A stretch of DNA of 64,000 bases from Microcystis sp. BLCC-F210 (GCF_042134685.1 NZ_CP169647.1:1550585-1614584); one strand, 5' to 3'; positions 47,977-58,981 are shown, counted from the first letter of the stretch. The notes: generated by a model from the letters alone, not told the origin. Numbers and translations are program-made.

Positions 47977-49671
47977 TTAGAAACGGAAAGTTGTCCGGAG
48001 AACACCGACAAAAATGGTGTCGTTATTACGGTTATTAGCATTGAAGATCGCATAAGCACCGGGGGTAATCAAGATGTTTTTGGTGACGGGGAACTTATAC
48101 TGAGCTTCTACCATGTAGGAAGTGCCATCTTCCTTGTCGGAACGGGGTACTTGACCCCCACCGAAAGAAAGGGCTGCACCTTCGGCAAAGAGGTCGAGAA
48201 CGGAAAGGTTAAGGTTCCAAGACCAGATGCTAGTGTTATCATCTCCGATCGCATTATTGACACCAGTGGCCGAGGCATTGGCATAACCCCCCCAGGCTGC
48301 TATGTTTAAGACTCCTGGGATAACCTGGGCGCTCGCTTGAAGACCGAAACGGTCAGCAGTAGTACCAACGTTGCCGAAGGGACGCTCAGTCAGAGGGCTG
48401 CTGACGTTACCGAATAAACCTGAACGAATATCGGCAGCAGTTTGATAACTGCGAACATAGACGAAGTTAATATCGGCAAATTTGATGAAGGAGAAACCTA
48501 CTTGCGCGCCAGTACTGAAGGAACCGTTAAATAAACCGCTACCAGGGTTAGGATTGCTGGCACCATTAGCGCCACCATTAGCTAGGTAGGTTCCTGTGAC
48601 TTGGAAAACATCCCCGATCTTAAATCTGACCGCCGCACCAACACCATCCGGACCGCGGAAGACGATGTTATTGTAGCGTTGACCGCGAGATAAAGCACCT
48701 GTACCGCTATCGGAAAGGAAAGGGTTAGCAGTGATGAAAACGTCATCTAGGTTTAACTCGTTAGCACCAACCCAAAAGGTGATGTTACCGAAGGGAGTGG
48801 CAATGGGAGCCCTGTACCATAGGTCATCGATGGTGATATCGTTGTCCCGACCGTTATCGTATGCCAGACGGGTCATGTTGGTTCCCGTCGGACCGTTTTG
48901 GTTGAAAGTGGTGTTAAAGTTACCTGCTTGTAAACGGGTTCTTAACAAATCTTTACCAGTGAAACTGGTTTCAAAGTTGAGTCGTACCCGGTTATTAAAC
49001 ACTGCTTGAGTTTCATCTCGATTGCTGCCATCAGTCACTGTACCGTTGGTATTAGTAACGGAAGCTTGACCACCCCAGCTATCGGCGATACTGAAGATCA
49101 CCTCACCTCTGAGTTTGGTGGTGGTAGAAAATTGATTGTTTTCCAAGAAAGAAACCCGCTGTTCGAGGTTATCTACTCTAGCCCCTAAAGCCGCTAGTTC
49201 GGTCTCAAATTCTTGAACAAGACGTTTTAATTTATCGATATCTTCTCTGAGTACACCCACACCATCTTGAATTAAACGTTCCATGACGTTTAAACAAGCG
49301 TTTAAACCAGCGGCAAATTCCCAACGAGTGGTGGCGCGATCACCGCGGAAGGTACGGTCAGGAAAACCCACGATACAACCGTAACGTTCTACAAGGCTTC
49401 TTAAGGCTTCGTAGGCCCAAGCGGTGGGGGATACGTCCCGCAGTTGGTTAACGCTAGTCACCTGGGACATGGAACCCTGATAAACACCCGTATTAATCTG
49501 CTGACTATTTTGGGCGCGCTGAATACGATCAAGTTGCTGCTGCGCAGCTGGATCAACTTTAAGTTGAGGTGTACCGGGCATAGTTTGAGCCACTGCGCTG
49601 CCAGCAGCCGCGACGGAAGCACCTAAAACTAAAGGAGTTACCTTGACTAAATTCTTGAATAGCTTTGACAT
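47977..49671 (-). CDS. Outer-membrane porin with N-terminal SLH domain (SomA/OprB-like)
   Basis: Signal peptide, SLH motif (WAYEALRSLVERYGCIVGFPDRTFRGDRATTRWEFAAGL), a coiled-coil linker, and a beta-barrel ending ...F. Confidence 0.8.
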   Translation of the reverse strand: MSKLFKNLVKVTPLVLGASVAAAGSAVAQTMPGTPQLKVDPAAQQQLDRIQRAQNSQQINTGVYQGSMSQVTSVNQLRDVSPTAWAYEALRSLVERYGCIVGFPDRTFRGDRATTRWEFAAGLNACLNVMERLIQDGVGVLREDIDKLKRLVQEFETELAALGARVDNLEQRVSFLENNQFSTTTKLRGEVIFSIADSWGGQASVTNTNGTVTDGSNRDETQAVFNNRVRLNFETSFTGKDLLRTRLQAGNFNTTFNQNGPTGTNMTRLAYDNGRDNDITIDDLWYRAPIATPFGNITFWVGANELNLDDVFITANPFLSDSGTGALSRGQRYNNIVFRGPDGVGAAVRFKIGDVFQVTGTYLANGGANGASNPNPGSGLFNGSFSTGAQVGFSFIKFADINFVYVRSYQTAADIRSGLFGNVSSPLTERPFGNVGTTADRFGLQASAQVIPGVLNIAAWGGYANASATGVNNAIGDDNTSIWSWNLNLSVLDLFAEGAALSFGGGQVPRSDKEDGTSYMVEAQYKFPVTKNILITPGAYAIFNANNRNNDTIFVGVLRTTFRF

Positions 49672-50306
49672 GGGTCAATCCTCACACCTTATTCTATGGA
49701 TTGAATGGACTATGAATACAAACAGACTATGTGTTTAGCCTGAATTATACTCACATTCTATGCTAATTCCCTCTTGGCTAGGTTAAGTTAATTTTATGAT
49801 ATGACAGAAAAATTTCTGTCTGATCTTATTAAAATTGGAACTTACGCACTTGACAAATTAACTATGATGTGCCTTAGTGAAAATCCCTTCTTTCACTTCT
49901 GGCGATTAACTTCCCAACGATAGCGATCGCTCAAAAGCCATCCAGAAATCACGTTACAATGTCCAAAACCTCTCTTTCACATTTAGTCAATCCTGTCAAT
50001 AGGCAAATTCTAAAGATTTTGTTAAAATCGCAGCCGTCAGCCTTTTCAGTGATCAGTTATCAGTGATCAGATGTGAGTTTTCAGTTGACTGATTACTGTT
50101 TACTGATCACTGATAAAATCTCCCCACCTCCCTAAAAATAGTTGTTTAAACTAGGCTTGATCGAGTAAGTTAGAATCGAGGATGATAGATGGAGTTAGAA
50201 TATAGCTCGACTCTAGAAGTTAAAAACAGCAGGATTGCTTGTGAAAGCTGACGGCTATAGATGAAGACTCGATTATTGAATTTAAGCACCGAGAAGGGAG
50301 ATAAAG

Positions 50307-51128
50307 ATGGTCAATTTTGGGCTGAATTCGGCCAGTATCTTAGGAATTTTTCTGGCAGTGGCCGGAGCCGGGTTATACTTCCTGCGCTCGGTGCGGCCGG
50401 AACTTTCCAGGGATCATGATATATTTTTTGCCGCCGTTGGTTTACTGTGCGGTTTAATTCTACTTTTTCAAGGGTGGCGACTGGATCCGATTTTGCAATT
50501 CGGACAATTTTTGCTGACTGGGGCAGCGGTGTTTTTTGCCTTCGAGACGGTAAAACTAAGGGGTTTAACCACGGAACAGGCCCGCCGCGGCACGTCTTTT
50601 GTGGATGAACGTCCTGTGAGTCGGGAATATCGGGCCGAATTGGAACCCCTCGACACCTACGAACCAGAGGAACGTTACGAAGATAATCCCCGTTTACGCG
50701 GTTACGAGGATCCCCGCTCTTCGCGCACTTCTACTTCTAGTTATCAGGATGAGGAACCCCGTAGCACCCGTACCCGTCGGCCGGCCGATACTAGCAATCG
50801 CAAAACCAGTAATCGTCGTCCCCGCAATAGTTCCCCCACTAGCGATCGAGATGTTTATGATCAGCGCCGTAGCGGTGATGATTGGGAAGAAACCAGTTCC
50901 CGTCCCCGTCGTCGTCCCGCTAGTGAAGAGACGAGCAGTAAACCGCCCCGCACTAGCCAAAAACGTCGTCCTCGCCCAATAATTGAGGATGATCCACCAT
51001 TTAAAGGGGAATACGTCGATTATCAACCGATCGATCCTAGCGATACGAGCGATCGAGAAGATTGGCAGAGACCGGATAATAGTGAACGGGAGTCGAGTAA
51101 TGATCATCCGACTAGGTTTGATTATTAA
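50307..51128 (+). CDS. ycf66: Ycf66-family protein
   Basis: MVNFGLNSASILGIFLAVAGAGLYFLRSVRPELSRDHDIFFAAVGLLCG...WRLDPILQFGQ matches the Ycf66 N-domain. The C-terminus is disordered and R/S/D/E-rich. Confidence 0.8.
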   Translation: MVNFGLNSASILGIFLAVAGAGLYFLRSVRPELSRDHDIFFAAVGLLCGLILLFQGWRLDPILQFGQFLLTGAAVFFAFETVKLRGLTTEQARRGTSFVDERPVSREYRAELEPLDTYEPEERYEDNPRLRGYEDPRSSRTSTSSYQDEEPRSTRTRRPADTSNRKTSNRRPRNSSPTSDRDVYDQRRSGDDWEETSSRPRRRPASEETSSKPPRTSQKRRPRPIIEDDPPFKGEYVDYQPIDPSDTSDREDWQRPDNSERESSNDHPTRFDY

Positions 51129-51140
51129 GGAGTAGGTCCG

Positions 51141-51677
51141 ATGACCAAAGCTCCCTTTTTCCTGTTTATCTGCTTGTTTTTAGGGGTTATAGGCGGTTGT
51201 AATCTCAATAACCCCGGTTTATCTACAGGAACCCTCAATAGTCGCTATAATGACGAAAAACCTGCCCTGAGCGGTGATGGTCGTTGGCTGGCTTTGCTGT
51301 CTAATCGTCGCGGTAGTAATCAGATTCTGCTGTATGATTTGCAGACAAAACAATACCAAGACCTAGGGGGATTATATACGGGTCAAGAAATTACCGATAG
51401 CCCTAGTTTAAGCCAAACGGGGCGTTATCTGGCTTATGTGGTGATTATTGAAGGTCGTCCCGTCATCGCTTTATATGATCGCATTACCGATCGTTCTGAG
51501 TTATTGAGTCAAAATTATCGCGGTTGGTTGCGAAATCCCCGTCTTAGTCCCGATGGTCGTTATCTTGTCTTTGAGTCAGCTCGTCGGGGACAATGGGATG
51601 TGGAGGTTCTCGATCGCGGTCCGAATATCGAGTTAGATCTTCCCGATGGCAGTCCCGTTGAAAGTCCCAAACCGTGA
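51141..51677 (+). CDS. TolB-like PD40 beta-propeller lipoprotein (paralog 1)
   Basis: Lipobox GVIGGC. Repeated S.DG..LA / S.RRG pattern of PD40 blades. Confidence 0.55.
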   Translation: MTKAPFFLFICLFLGVIGGCNLNNPGLSTGTLNSRYNDEKPALSGDGRWLALLSNRRGSNQILLYDLQTKQYQDLGGLYTGQEITDSPSLSQTGRYLAYVVIIEGRPVIALYDRITDRSELLSQNYRGWLRNPRLSPDGRYLVFESARRGQWDVEVLDRGPNIELDLPDGSPVESPKP

Positions 51678-52192
51678 AACGTTATTTTTTTATTAGTCTT
51701 GTTGCTGTCATTAGTTTGTTAACTGGATGTGCGGGTTATCCCAGTTTATTGTCTTTTCCTTTCGATCGAGGGGGGAGAAGTTTAAATAGTGCTGCTAGTG
51801 AATTAACTCCCTATCTTGCCTCTCGCTATCTCGTTTTTGCCTCCGATCGCAATGGTTCCCAAGCTATCTATCTTTTTGATGCCATCGATCGCCGTTTATT
51901 GCCTTTACCCGGCCTAAATTCTCTCGATCAGATCGCTTCTAGTCCTTCCATTAGTGAAGATGGTCGTTATATCGTTTTTACTGCTAGTCGTCAGGGAAAA
52001 ACGACTATTTATCTGTATGATCGACAAACTCAACAGAGAAGGGAAATTGCTCCCGATCTCCTCGCGGAAGTACGCAATCCGATCATCAGTGCCGATGGTT
52101 CTAAAGTGGCTTTTGAAGCGGCAAAAAATGGGCAATGGGATATTATGATTTACGATCTATCCGGACGGGTATTAGTCAATGAAAATCAGTGA
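51674..52192 (+). CDS. TolB-like PD40 beta-propeller lipoprotein (paralog 2)
   Basis: Lipobox LLTGCAG plus PD40 blade repeats. 4-bp overlap with paralog 1. Its stop codon lies in the TSD of the downstream MITE. Confidence 0.55.
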   Translation: MKRYFFISLVAVISLLTGCAGYPSLLSFPFDRGGRSLNSAASELTPYLASRYLVFASDRNGSQAIYLFDAIDRRLLPLPGLNSLDQIASSPSISEDGRYIVFTASRQGKTTIYLYDRQTQQRREIAPDLLAEVRNPIISADGSKVAFEAAKNGQWDIMIYDLSGRVLVNENQ

Positions 52193-52196
52193 TTAT

Positions 52197-52383
52197 GGCT
52201 CTTCGTTACTTGTTATGGTTCGATAGGGTGGCATAAATCGACTAAATCCTTATCTGGCAAGGGATTTAATTGATTAGTTCGCTCTAGATCAAAAATAATT
52301 GACAAAAATCGCTAAATGCCTTTCTATATAAGGGTTCCATCCCTTATAATCTCCGTGCATTGCATAACACAAAACGAAGAACC
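52197..52383 (+). mobile_element. MITE family W, copy B
   Basis: 8-bp TSD GTGATTAT (52189-96 and 52384-91). Confidence 0.6.
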
Positions 52384-52531
52384 GTGATTATTAAGTAATA
52401 GGACAAAATTAACTTCTTAGTTAGGAAAGGCAAAAGGCAAGAGGCAAAAGGCAAAAGGTAGTTAGATATATATAACTAATTGTGTTTAGCTACTTATCAC
52501 CGCCACCAAGAAGAACTTTTTTTAGCAAACC

Positions 52532-53629
52532 CTATCTTAAACCCATAGCTTTTAGTCGATGTTCTAGAAACTGTTTTCCCTGTTTTTCGCCGTCAGCGAT
52601 CAGACGCTGGATATTGGCAGGAGAGCGATCGAGTTTACTTTCATAGTTGAGACTATTGGCTAATTCCGCCGACATTTCGATCATAGGAATATGGTAATTC
52701 TGATCGGTATCTTCTGGGAAAGATTTAGGAATTTTTAATGGTTCTGTTAATCCGATCTCGCTCAAAAATTCCTCTTTAAAGGCTCCTTTGAGAAATAATT
52801 GATTGATCAACTCAATCTGATCGAGACCTTGAAATAGGGAAACATTGCCTTCTAATTCATTACGGCGATCAGCAATATCATCGGATTGCACGGGGATCTT
52901 GTCTCTGGAGGTGGGATTAATTTTAATTACCCAAATTTCATCGGGAATATTTTCGATTCCAACAAATTCACGGCGAATTAAAGAACGGATAGGGGGATTA
53001 TCAGAAAACAGTCCATCCCAGTAGGCCATAGTTTCAATAGTGACAGCAGGAAAAATGTTAGGAACACAAGCAGAAGCTAGGATATGTTCAATTTTAACTG
53101 CTTCTTGGCGCGAGTTAAATTTACTTAATTTTCCTGTTAGGACATTACAGGCCCCAATTAATAAAATTGGGGGTTCTGGTTTAGCTCCCCAAGTGGCTAA
53201 TTCCGAGAAGTCAATATGCGCTCTTAGTAACTGATCAAAGTTGGTAAAGCGACTGCGTAAACCGTAGGTAGCTATAGAAAATAAGGTTTTAGTAATTGGA
53301 GAGGAAGGACTGAGATTATACTGGGGAATTAATCCTTTGCTGGCTAATTCTAGAGCTTTAATAGCTGAGTCATTAAATAGTTGTTCTTGGGGAGTTCCAG
53401 CGCTATTATCTTCCCAAAAATCAATCATTCTTTTCCAAACGACGCTATCACCTTTTTTGAGAGCATACCAAGTGAAAAAGGCACAGATAGCACCTCCAGA
53501 AGTACCACTGAGACTGACAATATTAAAGTAATCTTGCACTTTATTGTCAAATAATGCTTTCAAGGCGCCGGCAGTAAAAGCAGTTTGACTACCACCTCCC
53601 TGACAAGCGATCGCGATTTTGGCTTTCAT
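52532..53629 (-). CDS. Patatin-like phospholipase
   Basis: Oxyanion-hole GGGSQTAF, nucleophile elbow GTSGG, and a later DG[LF] (WDGLFSDN) for the catalytic dyad. Confidence 0.75.
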   Translation of the reverse strand: MKAKIAIACQGGGSQTAFTAGALKALFDNKVQDYFNIVSLSGTSGGAICAFFTWYALKKGDSVVWKRMIDFWEDNSAGTPQEQLFNDSAIKALELASKGLIPQYNLSPSSPITKTLFSIATYGLRSRFTNFDQLLRAHIDFSELATWGAKPEPPILLIGACNVLTGKLSKFNSRQEAVKIEHILASACVPNIFPAVTIETMAYWDGLFSDNPPIRSLIRREFVGIENIPDEIWVIKINPTSRDKIPVQSDDIADRRNELEGNVSLFQGLDQIELINQLFLKGAFKEEFLSEIGLTEPLKIPKSFPEDTDQNYHIPMIEMSAELANSLNYESKLDRSPANIQRLIADGEKQGKQFLEHRLKAMGLR

Positions 53630-53892
53630 AAATATCCTTGTCTCCTGAATGGCTTCTATCTAAGTCCTAGGACTTTAATTTAAGGTTAACTGAAAACCTA
53701 GAATCGGATGCAAAAATATAGAAATTTTTCTGATTTTCAGAAGAGCTGATCGGGAGATTTTGCTATCACTTCTAGAAAAGGATAGGATTTCAAGGGAATT
53801 GTCTAGGTAATTAGCTGAATCCATCAGCCTGCGGCTATATCCAAGCGATAATAACTAGAAAAACTGATAACTGATAACTGATAACTGATAGA

Positions 53893-55242
53893 TTAAATTA
53901 CCGTCCCGTCGGGAATAGTGGCATTTTTGAAAATAACCACGATGCCGCTGCGAACATAGAAACCTAAATCTTCGCGATTAGATTCTTCCACACGATCTTT
54001 GTTAACAATTAAAACATTGGAACCAATGCGAGCATTTTTGTCCACAATTGCCCGACGAATAGTGGAACCGGGGCCGATACCCACGGGAATTTTGCCATTT
54101 CCGATCAGACTTTCCCGTTCGGGGAAAGACTCATAAAAGTCCGATCCCATCAGCATTGTATCCTCGATCGTGCAGTCTTTGCCCACTCGACTACGAATAC
54201 CTAAAATCGAGTGATGGATGCGAGATTCTTTAAGAATACAACCTTCAGAAATCATCGATTCTGTCACCGTACAATTGAGCATTTTTGTGGGTGGCAGATA
54301 GCGAGAACGGGTATAAATGGGTGCTTTTTCGTCGTAGAAACTAAAGGCGGGATTTGGTTGTTGGGTCAAGGCGAGATTCGACTCATAAAAGGCTTCAATC
54401 GTCCCGATATCTTCCCAGTAACCCTTAAATAAATAAGCCTGGAGATTGTAATCTTTAGCCGCCGAGGGAATAATTTCCTTGCCAAAATCGGTCTGTTCTT
54501 TATTGGCATCGAGCAGATCGATTAAAACATTCTTTTTAAAGACATAAATTCCCATGGAAGCGATGTAGGGACTTTGACGAGCTTGGTCGGGACTTAAGCC
54601 TAAAATCGTCGTATCTACCCGCATTCTTTCCAATTCTGCCCCTTTGGGTTTCTCATAAAAATCGACAATTCGCCCCGAATCATTGATTTTCATCACCCCA
54701 AAAGCGGAGGCGCGACGTTCATCGATGGGAACCACCGATAAAGTGATATCGGCGTTAGTTTCCCGATGGCGTTCGATGAACTTGCTGTAGTCCATGCGAT
54801 AGAGATGATCTCCGGAGAGAATGAGATATTCATCGATATCCCAATCCTTCATCGTCCAGATATATTGTCGTACTGCGTCGGCTGTGCCTTGGAACCATTG
54901 AGGATTCTCCATGGTTTGTTGAGCCGCCAAAACTTCCACGAAACCATCACTAAAACCCGTAAAATTATAGGTACGATTGAGGTGACGATTGAGGGAAGCG
55001 GAATTAAATTGCGTCAACACATAGATTTTGTCAATCTGGGAGTTAATACAATTGCTGACGGGAATATCGATTAGGCGATATTTTCCCGCTAGGGGGACGG
55101 CAGGTTTGGCCCGCAGTTTCGTTAACGGATAAAGGCGAGTTCCAGCCCCGCCACCCAAAATAATAGCTAATACTTTTTTCACGCGCGTAACCCTCGCGAT
55201 TGGCTGTTTCCTTCTCAAAGTAAGTGTAGGATGATAGCGCAC
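53893..55242 (-). CDS. glgC: Glucose-1-phosphate adenylyltransferase
   Basis: Near-identity to cyanobacterial AGPase along its length ([47 protein letters not shown] ...). The true start may be an internal GTG. Confidence 0.95.
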   Translation of the reverse strand: MRYHPTLTLRRKQPIARVTRVKKVLAIILGGGAGTRLYPLTKLRAKPAVPLAGKYRLIDIPVSNCINSQIDKIYVLTQFNSASLNRHLNRTYNFTGFSDGFVEVLAAQQTMENPQWFQGTADAVRQYIWTMKDWDIDEYLILSGDHLYRMDYSKFIERHRETNADITLSVVPIDERRASAFGVMKINDSGRIVDFYEKPKGAELERMRVDTTILGLSPDQARQSPYIASMGIYVFKKNVLIDLLDANKEQTDFGKEIIPSAAKDYNLQAYLFKGYWEDIGTIEAFYESNLALTQQPNPAFSFYDEKAPIYTRSRYLPPTKMLNCTVTESMISEGCILKESRIHHSILGIRSRVGKDCTIEDTMLMGSDFYESFPERESLIGNGKIPVGIGPGSTIRRAIVDKNARIGSNVLIVNKDRVEESNREDLGFYVRSGIVVIFKNATIPDGTVI

Positions 55243-55295
55243 CTTATTGATAGAGGGGAAACAAAAATCTAGATCTAAAAGTCATCAAGAGGGAA

Positions 55296-56753
55296 TTGAT
55301 CGGAGTCTTTGCGGATAAATTCGCTAAAATCATGAATTTTTGGGCTAAATCATTAATATTCACCTTTTTTCTCCCTTTACCGTACCTGGTGACTGCCACG
55401 GTGACGGGCGATCGCTGTTCTTGGTTAGCCCAAGGTTCCGATGTACAGACTTTCGGTAAACAGGGCCAAAGCGGGAAAGCTGGCAAGGTCGGCGGCCAAG
55501 GCAAGAATAGTGACAGTTTAACCCTTTTTCTCGATGGTTCTCCCCTAAAACTCGATATTTCAGGACAAAAAGGGGTCGATGGTGAAAATGGCAGCAACGG
55601 CAGCGATGGTAACTGTAGCGGTCAACCTAGCAACGTCACCAGAAATCTTCAGGCTGCCGGTGGTGGCAACGGTGGCAATGGGGGTAATGGTGGTGATGGG
55701 GGCAATGGCGGCGCTTTAACCCTCTATGCTACTAATTTAGATTTTTTAAGACAAGTAACGGTCAATGCGGCCGGAGGTGCTGGGGGTTTTGGGGGTCAGG
55801 GAGGTCAAGGGGGCAAGGGTTGTCGCTGTTCCCAACCTTTCTGGACAATTCAAACCTGTAGCGGTAGGCCAGGGGATGCCAATTATAGCTGTACCACCAG
55901 AGAATTTAGCTGTCAGGATGGTCTGGATGGGGCGACGGGTAATAGTGGTCGTAACGGTCGCGAGGGACGTTTAGGACAGTTAACTTTAATTCAAATCGAT
56001 CGCCCTTTAACTGCCGATCAACCGAGCGCAACTGTTCCCCTTTCGGAGTTAAAAGAACGGGGTTATATTCTCTCTAAAAATAGTTGGGAAACTCGCACCG
56101 GGGCAATGTCTTTATTTTCTCCCGGTTCCCTGATCGATGATCAATATCGGATTTTAGTAGATCGAGTGGAACGTTCTTTTATTTTAATTTGGAATGCGCC
56201 CCAGGAGTTTAACCGATTTGCTAATCAGCGTTTTACTTTAACCCTTGATTCTCAAAAGGAAATGAAGATAACTGTCCCCAGTGAATTGTGGATCGAGGGA
56301 ACCACTCAAAAACGCAATAATGTTACGGAATTTGTCGTTTACAATGCTGTTTTTGAACGAGATGTCACCCAATTAGAAGCAAAAGGTATTACAGGAAATG
56401 GTACTGATTTAAGGCTTTTTCTCGAAGATAAAGCTTCCCAATCGAATTTAATTGGCACTAAATTTAAGGTGCGTTATCGCGTCACTCGTTGGCAAGCAGA
56501 CGACCTGCAAACCAGTCCCAGAACTGATTTTGTCACTCGCTACGAAGGAGATATGCCTGCTAATTTAGTCCGACAGGAGGGCAATCAATTTATTCTGGAT
56601 ATCGGTCAATTACCTTTACCTGTGGAATCTTTGCGATCGGGTACGGGGGTAGAAATCGAGTTACTTGCTACTCGTTCTTTTGCTGGTTATTCCAAAGAAC
56701 AAAAAATCGTCATCCGCGACACGATTAGAGGGGCAAATATACCACGGAGATAA
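55296..56753 (+). CDS. Secreted protein with collagen-like Gly-X-Y / Gly-Gly-Asn tracts and a Cys-rich segment (hypothetical)
   Basis: GKQGQSGKAGKVGGQGKNS, GQKGVDGENGSNGSDGN, GGGNGGNGGNGGDGGNGG. Probable signal peptide at the internal MNFWAKSLIFTFFLPLPYLVTA. Confidence 0.45.
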   Translation: MIGVFADKFAKIMNFWAKSLIFTFFLPLPYLVTATVTGDRCSWLAQGSDVQTFGKQGQSGKAGKVGGQGKNSDSLTLFLDGSPLKLDISGQKGVDGENGSNGSDGNCSGQPSNVTRNLQAAGGGNGGNGGNGGDGGNGGALTLYATNLDFLRQVTVNAAGGAGGFGGQGGQGGKGCRCSQPFWTIQTCSGRPGDANYSCTTREFSCQDGLDGATGNSGRNGREGRLGQLTLIQIDRPLTADQPSATVPLSELKERGYILSKNSWETRTGAMSLFSPGSLIDDQYRILVDRVERSFILIWNAPQEFNRFANQRFTLTLDSQKEMKITVPSELWIEGTTQKRNNVTEFVVYNAVFERDVTQLEAKGITGNGTDLRLFLEDKASQSNLIGTKFKVRYRVTRWQADDLQTSPRTDFVTRYEGDMPANLVRQEGNQFILDIGQLPLPVESLRSGTGVEIELLATRSFAGYSKEQKIVIRDTIRGANIPRR

Positions 56754-56838
56754 GTCAAAAAAGTCCTCTTCTCCTTTCTCCGGTGCAGTCTTAACCAGTA
56801 ATTTAGATAGTCAACTTACCAAAAGGCTCTAAAATATC

Positions 56839-57897
56839 TTGAGAGGAAGACTGGTTATTTTCTGGGGTTCACCAGAGAATGTCCCGATCAGCGAAAAAAT
56901 CAAGGGAAAGATGGGCAGTATTTTAAGTGTGGCGCCGATGATGGATTATACCGATCGCCATTTTCGCTATTTTTTGCGACAAATTAGCCGTCGTCCCCTT
57001 CTCTACACGGAAATGATCACGACGATGGCGATTAAACACGGCGATCGCTATAAGTTGCTGGGGTTCTCCCTAGCAGAAAAACCTCTAGCTTTGCAGTTAG
57101 GGGGTGATAATCCCTATCTTTTGGCAGAATGCGCTAAAATAGCCGAAGATATGGGTTATGACGAGGTAAATCTCAATGTGGGTTGTCCTAGTTCTCGGGT
57201 AAAAGAGGGCAATTTCGGTGCTTGTTTGATGGCTAACCCGGAATTAGTCGCGAGGGGAATATCGGCAATGAATCAAGCTGTATCGATTCCCGTGACTGTA
57301 AAACAGAGAATTGGCATTGATGATCAGGATAGTTACCAAAATATGGCCAATTTTGTCCGTATTGTCGCGGATGCGGGTTGTCAACGTTTTACCATCCATG
57401 CGCGGAAAGCTTGGTTACAGGGATTAAGTCCCAAGGAAAATCGCACTGTCCCCCCCTTACGTTACGATGATGTTTATCGCCTAAAAAATCAGTTTCCCCA
57501 TTTGTTTATTGAAATTAATGGCGGTATCATTAATTTAGAACAGGCTAAACAACATTTACAATTAGTAGATGCAGTTATGATCGGTCGGGCAGCCTACGAT
57601 AATCCCTATTTATTTGCCACAGTCGATCGAGATTTTTATGGGGAATCGGTTACTCCTCCTACCCGGGAAGAAGTAATCAAAAAAATGCTTCCCTACATCG
57701 ATGAGTGGGTGAGTAAAGGTTATAAATTACACCAGATCAGCAAACATCTTTTACAGCTTTTTGCCGGTCAGCCAGGAACTAAGGCCTGGAAGCGTTATAT
57801 TAGTGAAAATAGCCATTTTCCTGGGGCCGATTCTGGGCTAATCTGGCAAGCTTTACAGCAGGTAAATTCCCTAAATGATCTGGCCAATTCCCATTAA
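56839..57897 (+). CDS. dusA: tRNA-dihydrouridine synthase A
   Basis: LSVAPMMDYTDRHFRYF...EVNLNVGCPS...TVKQRIGID...FTIHARKAWLQGLSPKENR. The likely start is the internal MGSILSV. Confidence 0.85.
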   Translation: MRGRLVIFWGSPENVPISEKIKGKMGSILSVAPMMDYTDRHFRYFLRQISRRPLLYTEMITTMAIKHGDRYKLLGFSLAEKPLALQLGGDNPYLLAECAKIAEDMGYDEVNLNVGCPSSRVKEGNFGACLMANPELVARGISAMNQAVSIPVTVKQRIGIDDQDSYQNMANFVRIVADAGCQRFTIHARKAWLQGLSPKENRTVPPLRYDDVYRLKNQFPHLFIEINGGIINLEQAKQHLQLVDAVMIGRAAYDNPYLFATVDRDFYGESVTPPTREEVIKKMLPYIDEWVSKGYKLHQISKHLLQLFAGQPGTKAWKRYISENSHFPGADSGLIWQALQQVNSLNDLANSH

Positions 57898-57912
57898 TTT
57901 ATTTTCTTTTCT

Positions 57913-58725
57913 ATGATTACCCAATCCTCAATTACTGCCGGGGTAAAAAATTCAGCTATGGCGGATTTTGTTTATCAACCTCCCCCGGCAGCTATCACAG
58001 CTAAACGTATTTTAATTAAACCTAATTTAGGTTATCCTGTGCCACCACCGGTAACGGTTAGTCTGCCGGTATTAAGTCAAGTTTTGCGAGGATTGAGAGG
58101 GGTAAATCCTGGGGCAGAAATCATCTTATTAGAGGGAGTTTGTTCTGCTATTTCTTTGAGAGAAATTATCGATATTTTGGAGGTAAAATCTATTCTCGAT
58201 ACTGGAATAACCATCCTTGATGCTGATAGTTTACCCCAGCAAGAATATCCGAATCTTTCTCCTTTTCCTGTGCGTTTTCCCTCGATGTTTGCCCCTAAAA
58301 TTATCGAAGAAGTGGATTGTCGGATCACCATTGGAACCTTAAAACGCACCCATTTAAAGGATAAACCCTTGATTTCTGCTTCTTTAAAAAATCTCTATGG
58401 ACTCTTTCCCCGTAGTCATTATAAAGCGCGTAGTCCTAACTCCCGGGGGCAATTACATCGCCCTTCCGTACCGCTAATTTTACAGGATGTTTATTTTTGT
58501 ATTGGTCATCTTTTTGATGGGGCAGTGGTGGACGCTAATCTCAAATATTTTAGTAGCAATTGGCGCCCAGATCGAGGAAAATCTATTCCTCTCGGTCAAG
58601 TGTTTTGGGGTGATGATATGATTAGCGTGGATCGCAGTGCTTGCCTGTTAGGTAATGAACCAATGCCAAGTTATTTAGATGCGATCGATTTGCTTCGTTC
58701 TCAACTTTTAAACGGAACTAATTAG
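57913..58725 (+). CDS. Conserved hypothetical protein (DUF362-like)
   Basis: 270 aa. ILIKPNLGYPVPPP. Assignment is tentative. Confidence 0.3.
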   Translation: MITQSSITAGVKNSAMADFVYQPPPAAITAKRILIKPNLGYPVPPPVTVSLPVLSQVLRGLRGVNPGAEIILLEGVCSAISLREIIDILEVKSILDTGITILDADSLPQQEYPNLSPFPVRFPSMFAPKIIEEVDCRITIGTLKRTHLKDKPLISASLKNLYGLFPRSHYKARSPNSRGQLHRPSVPLILQDVYFCIGHLFDGAVVDANLKYFSSNWRPDRGKSIPLGQVFWGDDMISVDRSACLLGNEPMPSYLDAIDLLRSQLLNGTN

Positions 58726-58981
58726 GGTTTACTGAAAAAGTTTGTTGGTGGGGTTAGGAGTCAGGAGCCGGTCGTCAGGAGGGGAAGTCAGAATAACAGA
58801 ATGACCTCGCGCAATCCTGTTTAAAAAATATACAGGAGAGTGGGGATCACCGGAGCGGGGGGAACAATCCATAACTGGGTTTTTACGGAAGCGAGCGAGG
58901 TGCGTTTGGCATTCTCCTAGATTAACCCATTGTCGAGTGAACTACTCTTTACCTTGCCCAAAAACCCCCCTCGGTGAGCGG

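Noticed and set aside
46540-49626. Six short plus-strand ORFs inside the pyruvate kinase and porin genes
   Set aside because: Antisense to long, well-supported coding regions.
58726-58981. Possible ncRNA (6S-like) in the 256-bp gap before the Rieske gene
   Set aside because: No recognisable conserved structure could be verified by eye. Left unannotated.
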